Positions 8,498-18,676 of a stretch of DNA of 64,000 nucleotides are shown piece by piece; position 1 is the first letter of the stretch; each line of letters opens with the position of its first letter. The stretch comes from Acidobacteriota bacterium. GTDB taxonomy: Bacteria > Acidobacteriota > UBA6911 > RPQK01 > JAJDTT01. Made by a program: the position numbers and the translations under genes. The notes under the pieces are model-generated. The model searched no databases. It saw nothing but the letters and a program-made list of their open reading frames with translations, and was not told the DNA's origin. The stretch spans positions 3,872,001 to 3,936,000 of the forward strand of contig OZ242374.1 of the NCBI GenBank assembly GCA_965209055.1, given 5' to 3'.

Positions 8498-10939
8498 TTA
8501 CCGGTTCCCCTTGCGAAGTTGAGCGACCATTTTCCGGGCCATCTGGTGGTCCGGGTCGAGCCGCAGCACCTGTTCCATGCTCTCCAGCGCTTCGGCATGA
8601 CGTCCCAGGAAGTAGAGCGTCACGCCGATGTTGGCATGGACGGTGGCGCTGCCCGGTTTCAGCGTCGCCTGGGTTCGATACAGGTCCAGGGCGGCCTCGT
8701 ACTGCTTCTGTCCGAACCTCAAATGGGCCAGGTAGTCCAGGGTTTTCGCGTGGTTCGGATCCCGTTTCAGAGCGCGTTCGAATTGCGCCGCCGCCTCGTC
8801 CTTCCGATCCAGTTCCAGCAGGGTCCGGGCGGACAGGTAGTGTGCCGTCCCCGCTGTTGCCGGATCCATTTCCTGCTGGATGGCGCGGGTCAAGGATTCC
8901 AGTGCTTCTTCGTAGCGTTCCAGGTTGAACAGCGCCGCACCCAGGCCAACTTGGGCGGGCACGAAGTCTGCATCGATCCGCAGCGCTTCGCGGTACAACG
9001 CGATCGCCTCCGTGCTCCGTTCCCCCTTCCTCAGCGCCTCACCCGCGTTGACGAGCGTCGCGGGATCGTTCGGCCGCAACTCCCGCGCCCGGCGAAGGTG
9101 ATCCAAGGCTTCGTCGGCCCGGCCCTGCGCGAACCTGACATTGGACAGTTCCACCAGGGCTTCCGCAGGATCCGGCATCGACGCCGCGGCACGCCGCAGA
9201 TGCGCGCTCGCGGCGTCGAGCCGATCCAACCGGAGCGCTGCACGCCCCGCGTACATGGCGAGTTCACCCGTGAAATGGGCGTCAGGCGCCAATTCAAGCG
9301 CTTTCTCGAGAGGCGCAATCGCTTCCGTGTAGCGTCCCGAATGGAACAGCGCAATGCCGAGTCCGCCGTTCCCGTAAACGAGTCTGTCGTCGATTTCCAG
9401 CACGCGGTGGTAGGTCTCGATGGCCTCGGCGTACCGGCCTTGTCTCCGCAGCACTTCCCCGAGGTTCTGGTTGGCGTTGAGATGCCGGGGTTCGATGCCC
9501 AGGGCCGTGCGAAGCGCCGATTCGGCCTCGTCGAGGCGATCCAGACGGGTGAGCACCCGGCCCAGATTGGAATGGATGTCCGCACTTCCGGGACGCTGTG
9601 CCGCGCCGATGCGGCCGGCGGCCAGCGCCTCCTCGTGACGGCCGGCGTCCGAAAGGGGACCCATCAGGTTGAGGTGGGCGTCCCGCGCCTCCGGATTGAG
9701 TGCGACGATGTGGCTGAAAAAGGCGACCGGGTCACGGTAGATGCCCGTCTGGCGCCAGGTGAGGGTGCCCAGCACCGCGAGCATGACGACGAGCACGCCG
9801 CCTGCGCCCGTTCTCAACGCAGACGGTAGCCGGCTGACGGCGAGTGTGGCGGCTCCGAGGAGCACCGCCAGGACGCCGAGGCCGGCCAAGTATTGGAACC
9901 GGTCCGCGACCAGAGAGAACTGCATGTAGCCGTAGTCGACGAAACCGAGCACCGGTGACAGCGTCACGGCATAGAAGAGGGCGCCGGCCAGGGGACCCCG
10001 CCCCAGCCGATCCCGGCCGATCCAGAGCAAAGCCGGCAGGGCGGCGGCAGCCAGGACATAGATCCAGGCAACCGGGTCCACGGAATCGATCTTCCAAAGC
10101 GGATAGATAATGGCCAGACCGGTGGGCCACAGCAGCTTGCCCACGTAGAACCACAGCGCCCGCGCCGCAATCAGGATCCGGTCGACGAACGAGTAGCCCA
10201 GCGCCAGGGGCTCCCGAGAGGTATAGAACGACAGGTCCAGGGCCGTTATGGCCGCCGCCAGCGCGAAAAGAGGCGCCACACGGAGCAAGTCGGTTCGCGT
10301 CACCCGGCCTGATCGCCACCAGTGCCAGATCAAGAGCGACACCGGCAGCGTGACCACGATGGACTTGGACAACAGACCGGCTGTGAACAGGCCGAGCACC
10401 AGCAGGTAGCGGGCCGGCTTGGGCGCCTCCACGTACCGGATCCAGGTCAGCGCCGCGGTCAGGTAGAACAACGCGGAGAGCAGATCCTTACGCTCGATGA
10501 CCCAGGCGACCGACTCGACATGCAGAGGGTGGACGGCAAACACGGCCGCGACGACCCAGGCGCCGGGCACGGCCATGCGCCCGAGGATCCGCCAGATCAG
10601 CAGGACGTTGGCGATGTGCAAAAGTAGATTGACGGCGTGATAGCCGAGCGGATTCACCCCCCACAGTTTGTGCTCCAGCCAGAAACTGGTGTAGACGACG
10701 GGCCAGTAGTGACCTTCCTTCTTGATGTCGGCCGGCGAGAACCAGATGTTCCACAGTCCGGACCAAGCGTGCACCACCGGCTCATCGGCGAAGATCGTGT
10801 CGTCCCAGACGAATCCGGCTTCAAGCGCCGGCAGATAGCTGGCGACGACCAGGAGGCCGAGCGCCAGGGCATGGGCGATCAACCAGCCGGCAGAGCGGCC
10901 GCCGTCGGCGGGGAGTGCCATTCGCTTCCTCTCGGGCAT
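8498..10939 (-). CDS. TMTC-like GT-C membrane protein with C-terminal TPR array (putative protein O-mannosyltransferase)
   Basis: FVWDD, HYWPV, YHAVNLLLH, FAVHPLHVESVAW and ADRFQY motifs, multiple TM helices, then many TPRs. Confidence 0.85.
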   Translation of the reverse strand: MPERKRMALPADGGRSAGWLIAHALALGLLVVASYLPALEAGFVWDDTIFADEPVVHAWSGLWNIWFSPADIKKEGHYWPVVYTSFWLEHKLWGVNPLGYHAVNLLLHIANVLLIWRILGRMAVPGAWVVAAVFAVHPLHVESVAWVIERKDLLSALFYLTAALTWIRYVEAPKPARYLLVLGLFTAGLLSKSIVVTLPVSLLIWHWWRSGRVTRTDLLRVAPLFALAAAITALDLSFYTSREPLALGYSFVDRILIAARALWFYVGKLLWPTGLAIIYPLWKIDSVDPVAWIYVLAAAALPALLWIGRDRLGRGPLAGALFYAVTLSPVLGFVDYGYMQFSLVADRFQYLAGLGVLAVLLGAATLAVSRLPSALRTGAGGVLVVMLAVLGTLTWRQTGIYRDPVAFFSHIVALNPEARDAHLNLMGPLSDAGRHEEALAAGRIGAAQRPGSADIHSNLGRVLTRLDRLDEAESALRTALGIEPRHLNANQNLGEVLRRQGRYAEAIETYHRVLEIDDRLVYGNGGLGIALFHSGRYTEAIAPLEKALELAPDAHFTGELAMYAGRAALRLDRLDAASAHLRRAAASMPDPAEALVELSNVRFAQGRADEALDHLRRARELRPNDPATLVNAGEALRKGERSTEAIALYREALRIDADFVPAQVGLGAALFNLERYEEALESLTRAIQQEMDPATAGTAHYLSARTLLELDRKDEAAAQFERALKRDPNHAKTLDYLAHLRFGQKQYEAALDLYRTQATLKPGSATVHANIGVTLYFLGRHAEALESMEQVLRLDPDHQMARKMVAQLRKGNR

Positions 10940-11004
10940 GTCTCAATTGCCGGCGATGACTGCGACGGCGCGTCGAGAGCCAGCGGCCACCATCTCCGCA
11001 GCGC

Positions 11005-11808
11005 TCACGGCGCAGAGCGCGGGGGGCTGTCCGAGAGTGTCCTCCGCACCCTGTCGTGGACACGGTAGCCGTAGAGCCGGGACAGGTGCCGCAGAAAGTT
11101 GAAGGGAGTCCGCCAGTTCAACTTGCTCTTTCCCCGGTGGCGGACGCCGAATCGGATCGGGACTTCCCGGACACGAAGCCGCCCCCGGGCCATCAGCTCA
11201 AGGGCAATCTTATAGCCGACGGGATGGAGATCCTCCAGATCGGGCAGGACCCGGCGATCGGTGGCGAAGAAGCCGGACAGGGGGTCGCGGCAATCGGCGA
11301 GCGGACACGCCATCAGTGTGCCGGCCCGGGACAGGAGCGCGCGGGCGCGGCTCCAGGCCGGGTCCATCCTCGCTTCAGGCGCGTAGCGGCTGCCGACGAC
11401 CATGTCGCAATCGGCGTCGAAGGCGGCCAGCAGGTCGATGATCTGTTCCGGCGGATGGGACAGGTCGGCGTCCATGACCACCAGCCGGTCGAAGCGCGCG
11501 AGCCGCATGCCTTCGAGCACCGAGAGGGACAAGTCCCGGGTCGCACCGCGGCGGGGCACCATCCGCACCGGCAAGCGGCCTCCCCACTCGGCGACGATCG
11601 CCTCGCTGCCGTCGTTCGAGTCGTCATCGACCAGGATCAACTCCCACTCGGCGGGCCAATGGGACAAAGCGGCGGATACGCGGCGGACCAGGGTCGGGAT
11701 ATTGGCGGCCTCCCGAAACGTCGGCACGACGATGGACACCGGGTTGTGCCCAGGAGGCGATGGGTCGCTCAAGGTCGACAAACTTTCTTGACCGGCGGAG
11801 GGCGGCAT
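11005..11808 (-). CDS. Polyprenol-monophosphomannose synthase (GT2, DPM1-like); start uncertain
   Basis: Motifs SIVVPTFRE, VDDDSNDG, VMDADLSHPP, GSRY, DPLSGFFA and GYKIALE. Confidence 0.85.
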   Translation of the reverse strand: MPPSAGQESLSTLSDPSPPGHNPVSIVVPTFREAANIPTLVRRVSAALSHWPAEWELILVDDDSNDGSEAIVAEWGGRLPVRMVPRRGATRDLSLSVLEGMRLARFDRLVVMDADLSHPPEQIIDLLAAFDADCDMVVGSRYAPEARMDPAWSRARALLSRAGTLMACPLADCRDPLSGFFATDRRVLPDLEDLHPVGYKIALELMARGRLRVREVPIRFGVRHRGKSKLNWRTPFNFLRHLSRLYGYRVHDRVRRTLSDSPPRSAP

Positions 11809-11984
11809 TCCGAAGTCTGGAGCTGGTTCCGACGTCAACTCGGGGTTCGTCCTCGGGCTTGCGCTGTGCCCGCACACGGCTTCCGAATGCGTGCGCATCA
11901 CCCGCGACTTCGGCACCGGCTTCTAACGGCTCGGTGCGCCCAACGGGAGGCTTGGGATTGTCGATGTACGAGACGCGAGCCAGT

Positions 11985-13739
11985 CTATCTGTCCACCGGC
12001 ACCACCGGCAGCGTGGTGAAGACGCCGTTCGTGACGTCCATCTCTACGGCCACGCCGGTGAAATCCTGCTGTCCTGCCGACGCCGTACAACGGACCGAAC
12101 CAGTGAAGTCCGACGTGTCGTGGTCGAACAATTCATCGATGAACATGGCGTCCTGACCATTGGCCGGCAGAGTTACCGGCTTCATTTCGATCATCTCGCC
12201 ACCCATCATCAACCGGCAGCTCAACTCCAGCTCAGACTCGCTCAGGTTTCGGAGAGCCGCTCCCGTGTTGACGCCGCCGGCTTGGCGGCGTACAGGGATG
12301 ATGGCGTCGCGGAGCGGCTGGCTGGATCCCACGCCGGCCACGCCGACGCCCGGAAAATCAAAGCGCAGGACCCCTCCAATGGGGCTGTCAAGACCTTCGG
12401 TGACGACTTTCACCGAACCGGTCACGAGGTCTCCCACGCCGTTGGTCGAAATGGTGACTTCTCCCAGGGACGGCAATTCGGACTGGAGGGTGAGAGCGCC
12501 GAAGTCCGTGGCTTGCAGGTGATCCATGACGTCCACCAGCGATTCCGGATCGATGAGTTCGCCTGACGTGTCATAGAAAAAGACGAGGGGTTGAATCGGC
12601 GTAGCGGCCAGGTTCACCAACACCACATCGGAACTGAAGGAGTCCCCGTTGCCGAAATGGGCGAAGTCCAGGGCCATCTGACGGTCCTTGTAGAAACCGG
12701 AGCCGACGATGAAGGATCGTCTTGTCGGCTCGGACCCAGGATGTTCGACGGTAAACGAAATCGCACGGGCGTAGGTCACCTTGGGTATTTCGGCGCTGTC
12801 GGTGTCGTCATTGGGATCGTCGAAATGGTACTCGACGTAGCCGCCCTCCGCGTTTTGGGTCGCCACCTCGATAATCTGGGGCAGGATCAGCTCTCCGGTG
12901 ACAGCGTCTCTGAGGACGTCGGTGGGGGCTTGAAGCTCGTATCTCTCCGGAAACGCTCCGTGAAAGAGCGTGAACCCGCTTCCATCCATGATGAACAGGT
13001 AGACGGGGCCTGCTCTCCAGGGTCCGTCCGGAATCCGGAGAATTCTCTTGATTTTTACGAAAGCGTCGCGGCCTTCTTCCCTGTAGAGTCCGACGATGTA
13101 GCGCAGCGTCCCGTTCACGAAGGCCTTCAGAGTTTCGCGTTCCAACACGTCATGGGCCGTAACTGCAAGAACGTCGCCGGGGTCTATGTCCTCCTCCACC
13201 AAGTGGGATTCCTGAAGATCGAAGCCGGCGACCAGGATGGCCGGGAGACCGTCAAAACCCATGTGACCCGAGGCGTAACCGTCGGCGCTTGCCGCTTCCG
13301 CCATAAATGGGCCGCCGAGTTCTGAGGACTTGGCCGCTTCGGTGATCTGCGCGAAAATATCGGAGTCGAGCAGCCCGCCCGACAGGAGCACGTCCTCGCC
13401 GTGTACCGCTACCCTGCCATTAGGGGTCAGGACAATCAGGTAGGTGGACCCGGACAGGAAAGGGCCCTCATGGGTCATAAGACATCCGAGATACCCCGTT
13501 GCGTTGGGCAATCGCAGGACACTCGCGCTGTATTCTCGAAACCCCTGCACGAGTGCCGACAGGGTCGCATCGCCGCTCTCCACCTAGGCAGCGGTGACCA
13601 GCCCCTCGGGCAGGGCCGGAAGTGCGGACGGTCTCGGACAGGCCTCCTGCGACTGCGCAAGTGCGAGGTGCGCGACGGGGAAAACTCCGGCCAGTCCCAT
13701 CACAAAACATAAGCCAACCGTCAATCTAATCGTCTTCAT
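11985..13739 (-). pseudogene. Exported Cache-domain-like protein interrupted by one in-frame TAG (13584-13586)
   Basis: AGGAG RBS and signal peptide MKTIRLTVGL...ALAQ at 13739. The frame continues ...VTAA*VESG... into the 532-aa ORF, which has YLFIMD, FHGA, GGYVEYHF and IVGSGFY Cache-like motifs. Confidence 0.65.
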
Positions 13740-13855
13740 ACCGGTTTCTCCTGCTTTAGCGAGTCCACACTGGAAGTTACGGGTCGTACTGTTATCCCAT
13801 GTTCGCTCCGGGGTTTCCACCGTAGGGGGGAGGCAACGCGGATCTTGCTTGGAAT

Positions 13856-15370
13856 TCACCGAAAATTCACCGAGAAGAGATCGGCGTCCTTCATCACCAG
13901 GCGCAGCCGCACCGGTTTGCCCGAGATTCGCTTCAAAGGCTCATCCGACATGGCGCCGGAGTGGGACCGTTTCCAACGGACCGTGTGCTCGATCTCGTCG
14001 CCCCAGACCAGCGGCGATTCCTCCAGAGCGAAGCCGGGAAGCGGCCGTCCGGCTTCGTCCTGAACCTCGATCCGGATGCTTCCCGCCGCGGAAGTGGCGA
14101 AGTTGAGCGTCAGGTTGCTCCCCTGGAAGGTCAGGGGCTTGGTCAACACTTCGCCTCCGCGGTAGCCGGCGTTGAGCGAGACGAACCCGTCGGTTCTCAG
14201 GACCATCCGCTCCATGTGAATGCTGGGGAACATGTAGTGGCGGATCACGTAGAGAGAGATTTCATCGTCTCCGGTAGAGACGACTCCGGTGGCCGTTGCG
14301 TTGGTGCGGTTGCCCCAATTCCTCTTCTCGCGTCCGGGCCGAATAAAGGATTGGGGAAACCGGCGGTCCCAGTTCAGGCCGTCTCGGCTGGTCATGAACA
14401 CGGTGTCGGAGGCTCCGTTTGCGGGCGCATCGGCAAACCGGGTCCGCCAGGGGACGAAGCGCTTGGGGAAGCCCAGGAAAATGTGGGGCGCCCGGAAGTA
14501 CGGCGTGATTCCGTTGGTGTAGAAATGGTCCCGGGGACCGTCTCCCAGGTCGATGTCTTCCAATTCGCTCCAGTTCAGGAAATCGGGGGAAGTGGCCCGG
14601 CCGATGGCCCGGATCGTGGGCATCCGCCGCTCTCCGGACCCGGTGTGACGGGGTGGATACCAGACTCGGAGATAGGCGACGTACTCGTTCCTGTACCCGT
14701 CCCAAAGGATCTCGTCGCCACCCCAATCCGTTGGAGGCTGGGTGAGGATCGGTTCCTCGCGGATCGGTTTCCAGTGGATGCCGTCGGGAGAAACCATTCC
14801 CACGATACGTTTCAAGGGGCGGTTCGGGTGTCCCGAGGCCAGCGCCTTGTACCGTTCCTCGGGGGGAGTTTTGGGATTGGTGTCGAGAAACACCATGAAA
14901 TTGTGGTTGCCGAAGCCGTCCCAGATGATGTTGTTCTCCTTCGACCCGCCAAACTCCACCAGCCCCAGTGACGGCTTGGTCCAGTTCCGGCCGTCCCGGC
15001 TCTCGGCGTAGCAGGTGACCTCGGGATGTTCCGGGATCATGGTCTCACCCGGTTCAAGGAGGGATGGAACCGCGTAGGAGGGATCGCTGTGGCCCCGGTA
15101 GTACAGGCGGTAGAGACCGTCTGCGTGGACGACCGAGACATAGGAACAGGTCGTGCCTTCCCATGGCTGGTCGAGGTCGAGCACCTTACCGCCGGAGGTG
15201 GGCGTTTGGAGTTCCAGCCGGACGTCCCCGGTCATGGTGTCGATCAAGTAGTCGTCCACCATGAGTTCCAGCCGGTCGCCGATGTCCAGAGCTTGGGGCT
15301 TGTGGTGACTGCCGGCAGCCGGCGCCGGTGTCGCGAACAGCAAAACCGCGAGCAGACTTGATCTCGTCAT
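13856..15370 (-). CDS. Exported beta-propeller glycosidase-like hypothetical protein (paralog A)
   Basis: GGAGG RBS, signal peptide, repeated S.DG..W / SPDF..W Asp-box-like motifs, and a C-terminal LRTDGFVSL...LNFATS domain. Confidence 0.7.
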   Translation of the reverse strand: MTRSSLLAVLLFATPAPAAGSHHKPQALDIGDRLELMVDDYLIDTMTGDVRLELQTPTSGGKVLDLDQPWEGTTCSYVSVVHADGLYRLYYRGHSDPSYAVPSLLEPGETMIPEHPEVTCYAESRDGRNWTKPSLGLVEFGGSKENNIIWDGFGNHNFMVFLDTNPKTPPEERYKALASGHPNRPLKRIVGMVSPDGIHWKPIREEPILTQPPTDWGGDEILWDGYRNEYVAYLRVWYPPRHTGSGERRMPTIRAIGRATSPDFLNWSELEDIDLGDGPRDHFYTNGITPYFRAPHIFLGFPKRFVPWRTRFADAPANGASDTVFMTSRDGLNWDRRFPQSFIRPGREKRNWGNRTNATATGVVSTGDDEISLYVIRHYMFPSIHMERMVLRTDGFVSLNAGYRGGEVLTKPLTFQGSNLTLNFATSAAGSIRIEVQDEAGRPLPGFALEESPLVWGDEIEHTVRWKRSHSGAMSDEPLKRISGKPVRLRLVMKDADLFSVNFR

Positions 15371-15634
15371 TCCGATCCTCCGTGCGCCCCGTGGCCGAAA
15401 ATGGACGGCGAGTCTATCCAGGCAGGAATCCCGGGTCAAAATAGGACCCCTTGGAGTCGGTTGGGGGACATCGTCGAAATTATATTCTCACTCCGCCGGG
15501 CAGAAGGGCGAAGAAGGGAGAGAGAGGCGAGAAGATAAAGGGACAGTCCCGTTCTCCGAGATCTCGGCTTACGCACAGAACGCCACACCCCCGGGAGGAC
15601 GCCTACCCTCGCGGCGACCCGGTCGTAGCGGGCT

Positions 15635-16465
15635 TCAACCGACACGCAGCACGAGGAACTCGTAGCCGTAGAACTCCGAGTAGGCATGCCAGATGTCTAT
15701 TTCGTGTTGGCACAGGTCCGCCAGCTCTTGTGCATCCGGCGCGTCGCGATGACGCTTGCGGAATGCAGTTACGTTGTCTTGCAGAGGCCGATAGTAGTCG
15801 TCCCACCACGCCGATGCGGGGAGCGGAAAGTGCCCCACGGCCTCGTAGCCGCATGCCTCGACGGCTTCCAGGAGTGCGGAGATTTCTCGGATCGCCGGGT
15901 ACTCCCGCTTCCAGAACGCGACGCATTCGGCGGGCGGTTGGGGCTTCCGCCAGCACACCTCGGTCAGCGCGACGTGCCCGTTGGGCCGCACCAGCCGGCG
16001 CCAGGCGCGCAGACCCGCTTCGACGCCCATGATGTTGATGGCGCCTTCGCACCAGATCAGGTCGAACGAACCGTCGGCAAAGTCGAGTCGGTACATGTCC
16101 GCCACGCGGGCATCCAGTCGATCCGCGATGCCCAGTTCATTGGCCTTTCTGTTCAATGCGTCGATGAACGGGGGGTGGTTGTCGACGGCGACGATGCGCA
16201 ACGGTGAACTCTCCGCCAGCACCAGAGTCTGGGCGCCGGTCCCGGAGCCGATGTCGAGCACGCGCGTCCGCGGCCCGACGCCTGGCACGAGCCCGAGGGC
16301 CCGACGCGTGCTCGCTGTGTTTCCCGGTCCCTGCCGGGGCAACCCACTGAACAACTCGAAGAACAGCGCGGTGGCTCGATCCGGCGGCGTGGCCGCTCCT
16401 GTCGATTGTGTTCGAGACGGGCGGACCGAGGCGGAAGCGGCGGCGGTTCTGGCTGCAACATCCAT
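15635..16465 (-). CDS. Class I SAM-dependent methyltransferase
   Basis: LPRQGPG, VLDIGSGTG and FDLIWCEGA. Confidence 0.9.
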   Translation of the reverse strand: MDVAARTAAASASVRPSRTQSTGAATPPDRATALFFELFSGLPRQGPGNTASTRRALGLVPGVGPRTRVLDIGSGTGAQTLVLAESSPLRIVAVDNHPPFIDALNRKANELGIADRLDARVADMYRLDFADGSFDLIWCEGAINIMGVEAGLRAWRRLVRPNGHVALTEVCWRKPQPPAECVAFWKREYPAIREISALLEAVEACGYEAVGHFPLPASAWWDDYYRPLQDNVTAFRKRHRDAPDAQELADLCQHEIDIWHAYSEFYGYEFLVLRVG

Positions 16466-16621
16466 TCCCTCATTATCGTGCAATGAAAAGAAAGGGACAG
16501 TTCCATTCTCCGCGGAGCTTGTGCTGCAGGTATAAGGCATCGATGAGCGAAGGGAGTGTGCGGTCCATGCGAATCCACTGCCGGATTCAAATTCGGGGGG
16601 CCCCTGGAGCCGGTGTATTAT

Positions 16622-16644
16622 GTGACTATGGTCGTGACTATGGT
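16622..16644 (+). promoter_or_regulatory. Putative TA operator: tandem GTGACTATGGT
   Basis: An 11-bp direct repeat (16622-16632, 16634-16644) about 35 bp upstream of the antitoxin ATG. Confidence 0.55.
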
Positions 16645-16679
16645 TATGTCCTGGACTGCACGAGGAAGGGTGTGAAGCC

Positions 16680-16964
16680 ATGACAGTTACCGAACGAGGC
16701 GGAGCGAGTGAATCCCGCACCATCAAGGCGTCCGAGTTCAAGGCAAAGTGCCTCAGGCTGATGGACGAAGTGGCAGAGAGCGGAGAAGAGATCGTGATCA
16801 CCAAAAACGGCCGCCCAACCGCGCGCCTCCTGCCCTACCGCAAGCGGTTCGGGGATTGGTTCGGGGCCGATCGAGACAGGATCGAAATCATCGGCGACAT
16901 CATCTCCCCGATCAACCTGGAGTGGGAAGCCGAGGTGAACCCCGACCGGATGGCCAATCCGTGA
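16680..16964 (+). CDS. Phd/YefM family antitoxin
   Basis: IKASEFKAKCLRLMDEV and IVITKNGRP. Confidence 0.92.
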   Translation: MTVTERGGASESRTIKASEFKAKCLRLMDEVAESGEEIVITKNGRPTARLLPYRKRFGDWFGADRDRIEIIGDIISPINLEWEAEVNPDRMANP

Positions 16965-17359
16965 TACTGGTGGACACGCACGTACTGTTGTGGTCGAGAC
17001 TTGGCGGACGGCAAATCGGGCCTCGTTCCAGACGGCTGATGGAACGGGGACTACGGGAAGCCGCGCTGGCGGCGTCGGCGTTTTCGTTCTGGGAGGTGGC
17101 TCTGTTGCACGCGAAGGGGCGCATCCGCCTGCTGGAGGACATCAGAAACTGGAGAACCCGGCTTCTCCAGGATGGTCTCGTCGAGATTCCGGTAGACGGC
17201 GACATTGCCATCCGCGCCAACAGCCTGGAGAACTTCCAGGGGGATCCAGCCGACCGCATCATCGTCGCGACTGCCCTGGGGGGGCACAGTCTGCTCACGG
17301 CCGATGAGCGCATCCTGAACTGGAGCGGCCACCTTCGCCGCGACGACGCGAGAGCGTAA
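16961..17359 (+). CDS. vapC: PIN-domain (VapC) toxin
   Basis: GTGA overlap with the antitoxin. Motifs ILVDTHVLLW, SFWEV, GDPADRIIVATA and LLTADE. Confidence 0.9.
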   Translation: MILVDTHVLLWSRLGGRQIGPRSRRLMERGLREAALAASAFSFWEVALLHAKGRIRLLEDIRNWRTRLLQDGLVEIPVDGDIAIRANSLENFQGDPADRIIVATALGGHSLLTADERILNWSGHLRRDDARA

Positions 17360-17440
17360 TAAGGGAAAGATCCATTTTCTGCCTGTATCTTGGGTATTGA
17401 AGTTTCAGCCTGAGATTCGATCGATCACGAAAGGGACGCC

Positions 17441-18676
17441 ATGACCTGGAAGAATTTCTCCCGTCGGCAATTCGCGAAACGCTTGACCGTTTTGGGAGCG
17501 CTGCCGCTGAGCGCCCGCCGCCTGTCGGCGGTTCCGGAAGTGGCTCCTTTGAAACCTCCTGCTCCTCCTGAAGTCAAGTCCTACCCGGGAATCCTCAGGC
17601 ACAGAGTGGTCTTTTGGGACCCTTACGGGTACTCGGCCTGGCCGACCATCCTGAAGTGCCGGGACGGGGAAATGCTGATCGCGTTCTGCGAAGCCATGCG
17701 CCGGAACGCCCGATTGACCCACGCGGATCCCTCGTTGTACGGCATGATCATCCGCTCCGGCGATCAGGGAGAAACTTGGTCTGAGCACCCCGAAGTCATC
17801 GGCGGCTACGAGCACTACGGAATGGATGATCCGGGCATCATGCAGTTGTCCGACGGAAGGATCCTGGTCAACGCCTTCCGCCGTTCCTTTGCCCCGGCGG
17901 CCTCGGTAGACAGCAGAACGGATGTTCGCTTGACTCGGGTGGAGCCATATCAGTGGGCGACCGGCTACAGCGACGAGATGACCTATGTCTTCCACTCGTT
18001 GGACAATGCCCGCACCTGGTTGGAGCCGGTCCACGTGGACGTCTCTCCCTTCAAATCAGGATGTCAGCTCCGGGCGATCGTCGAACTGCCGGACGGAATT
18101 CTGCTTCTGCCGTGCTACGAGGAGTTCGGTCACCCATCGACTTCGAAACTGGCGATGACCTGGACCGCCTATGTCCTGCGATCTCGTGATCGGGGGAGGA
18201 GTTGGGGCGAGCCGTCCGTGATTGGGGAACAGGGGGTTCACGGCATCGGCTACAACGAGCCGGCCCTGATTCACCTGCCCAGCGGCCGGATGATCGCTCT
18301 TCTCAGAACGGGGCCGGCCGGATGGCTCTACCAGAGCGATTCGGACGATCGGGGACGAACCTGGAGCACACCGGCCAAGACCCCGATGTGGGGGTATCCG
18401 GCCCATCTCCGGCAGCTCCGGGATGGGAGGCTTCTGGCCACCTACGGCCACCGGCGAAAGCCCTTCGGAATCCGGGCCTGTCTGAGTTCGGATGAGGGTA
18501 GAAGCTGGGACATCGAGAGAGAGATCGTGCTCCGGGATGATCTCAGGAACCGGGATCTGGGGTATCCGACCACCACAGAGTCGGATGACGGCACCCTGCT
18601 GACCGCCTACTACGGAAGGGACGAGAACAACGACGTGACCTGCATTCAGATCACGTCCTGGAAAGTAGCCTCTTGA
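17441..18676 (+). CDS. Tat-exported BNR/Asp-box sialidase-like protein
   Basis: SRRQF Tat motif and repeated S.D.G.TW Asp boxes. Confidence 0.8.
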   Translation: MTWKNFSRRQFAKRLTVLGALPLSARRLSAVPEVAPLKPPAPPEVKSYPGILRHRVVFWDPYGYSAWPTILKCRDGEMLIAFCEAMRRNARLTHADPSLYGMIIRSGDQGETWSEHPEVIGGYEHYGMDDPGIMQLSDGRILVNAFRRSFAPAASVDSRTDVRLTRVEPYQWATGYSDEMTYVFHSLDNARTWLEPVHVDVSPFKSGCQLRAIVELPDGILLLPCYEEFGHPSTSKLAMTWTAYVLRSRDRGRSWGEPSVIGEQGVHGIGYNEPALIHLPSGRMIALLRTGPAGWLYQSDSDDRGRTWSTPAKTPMWGYPAHLRQLRDGRLLATYGHRRKPFGIRACLSSDEGRSWDIEREIVLRDDLRNRDLGYPTTTESDDGTLLTAYYGRDENNDVTCIQITSWKVAS

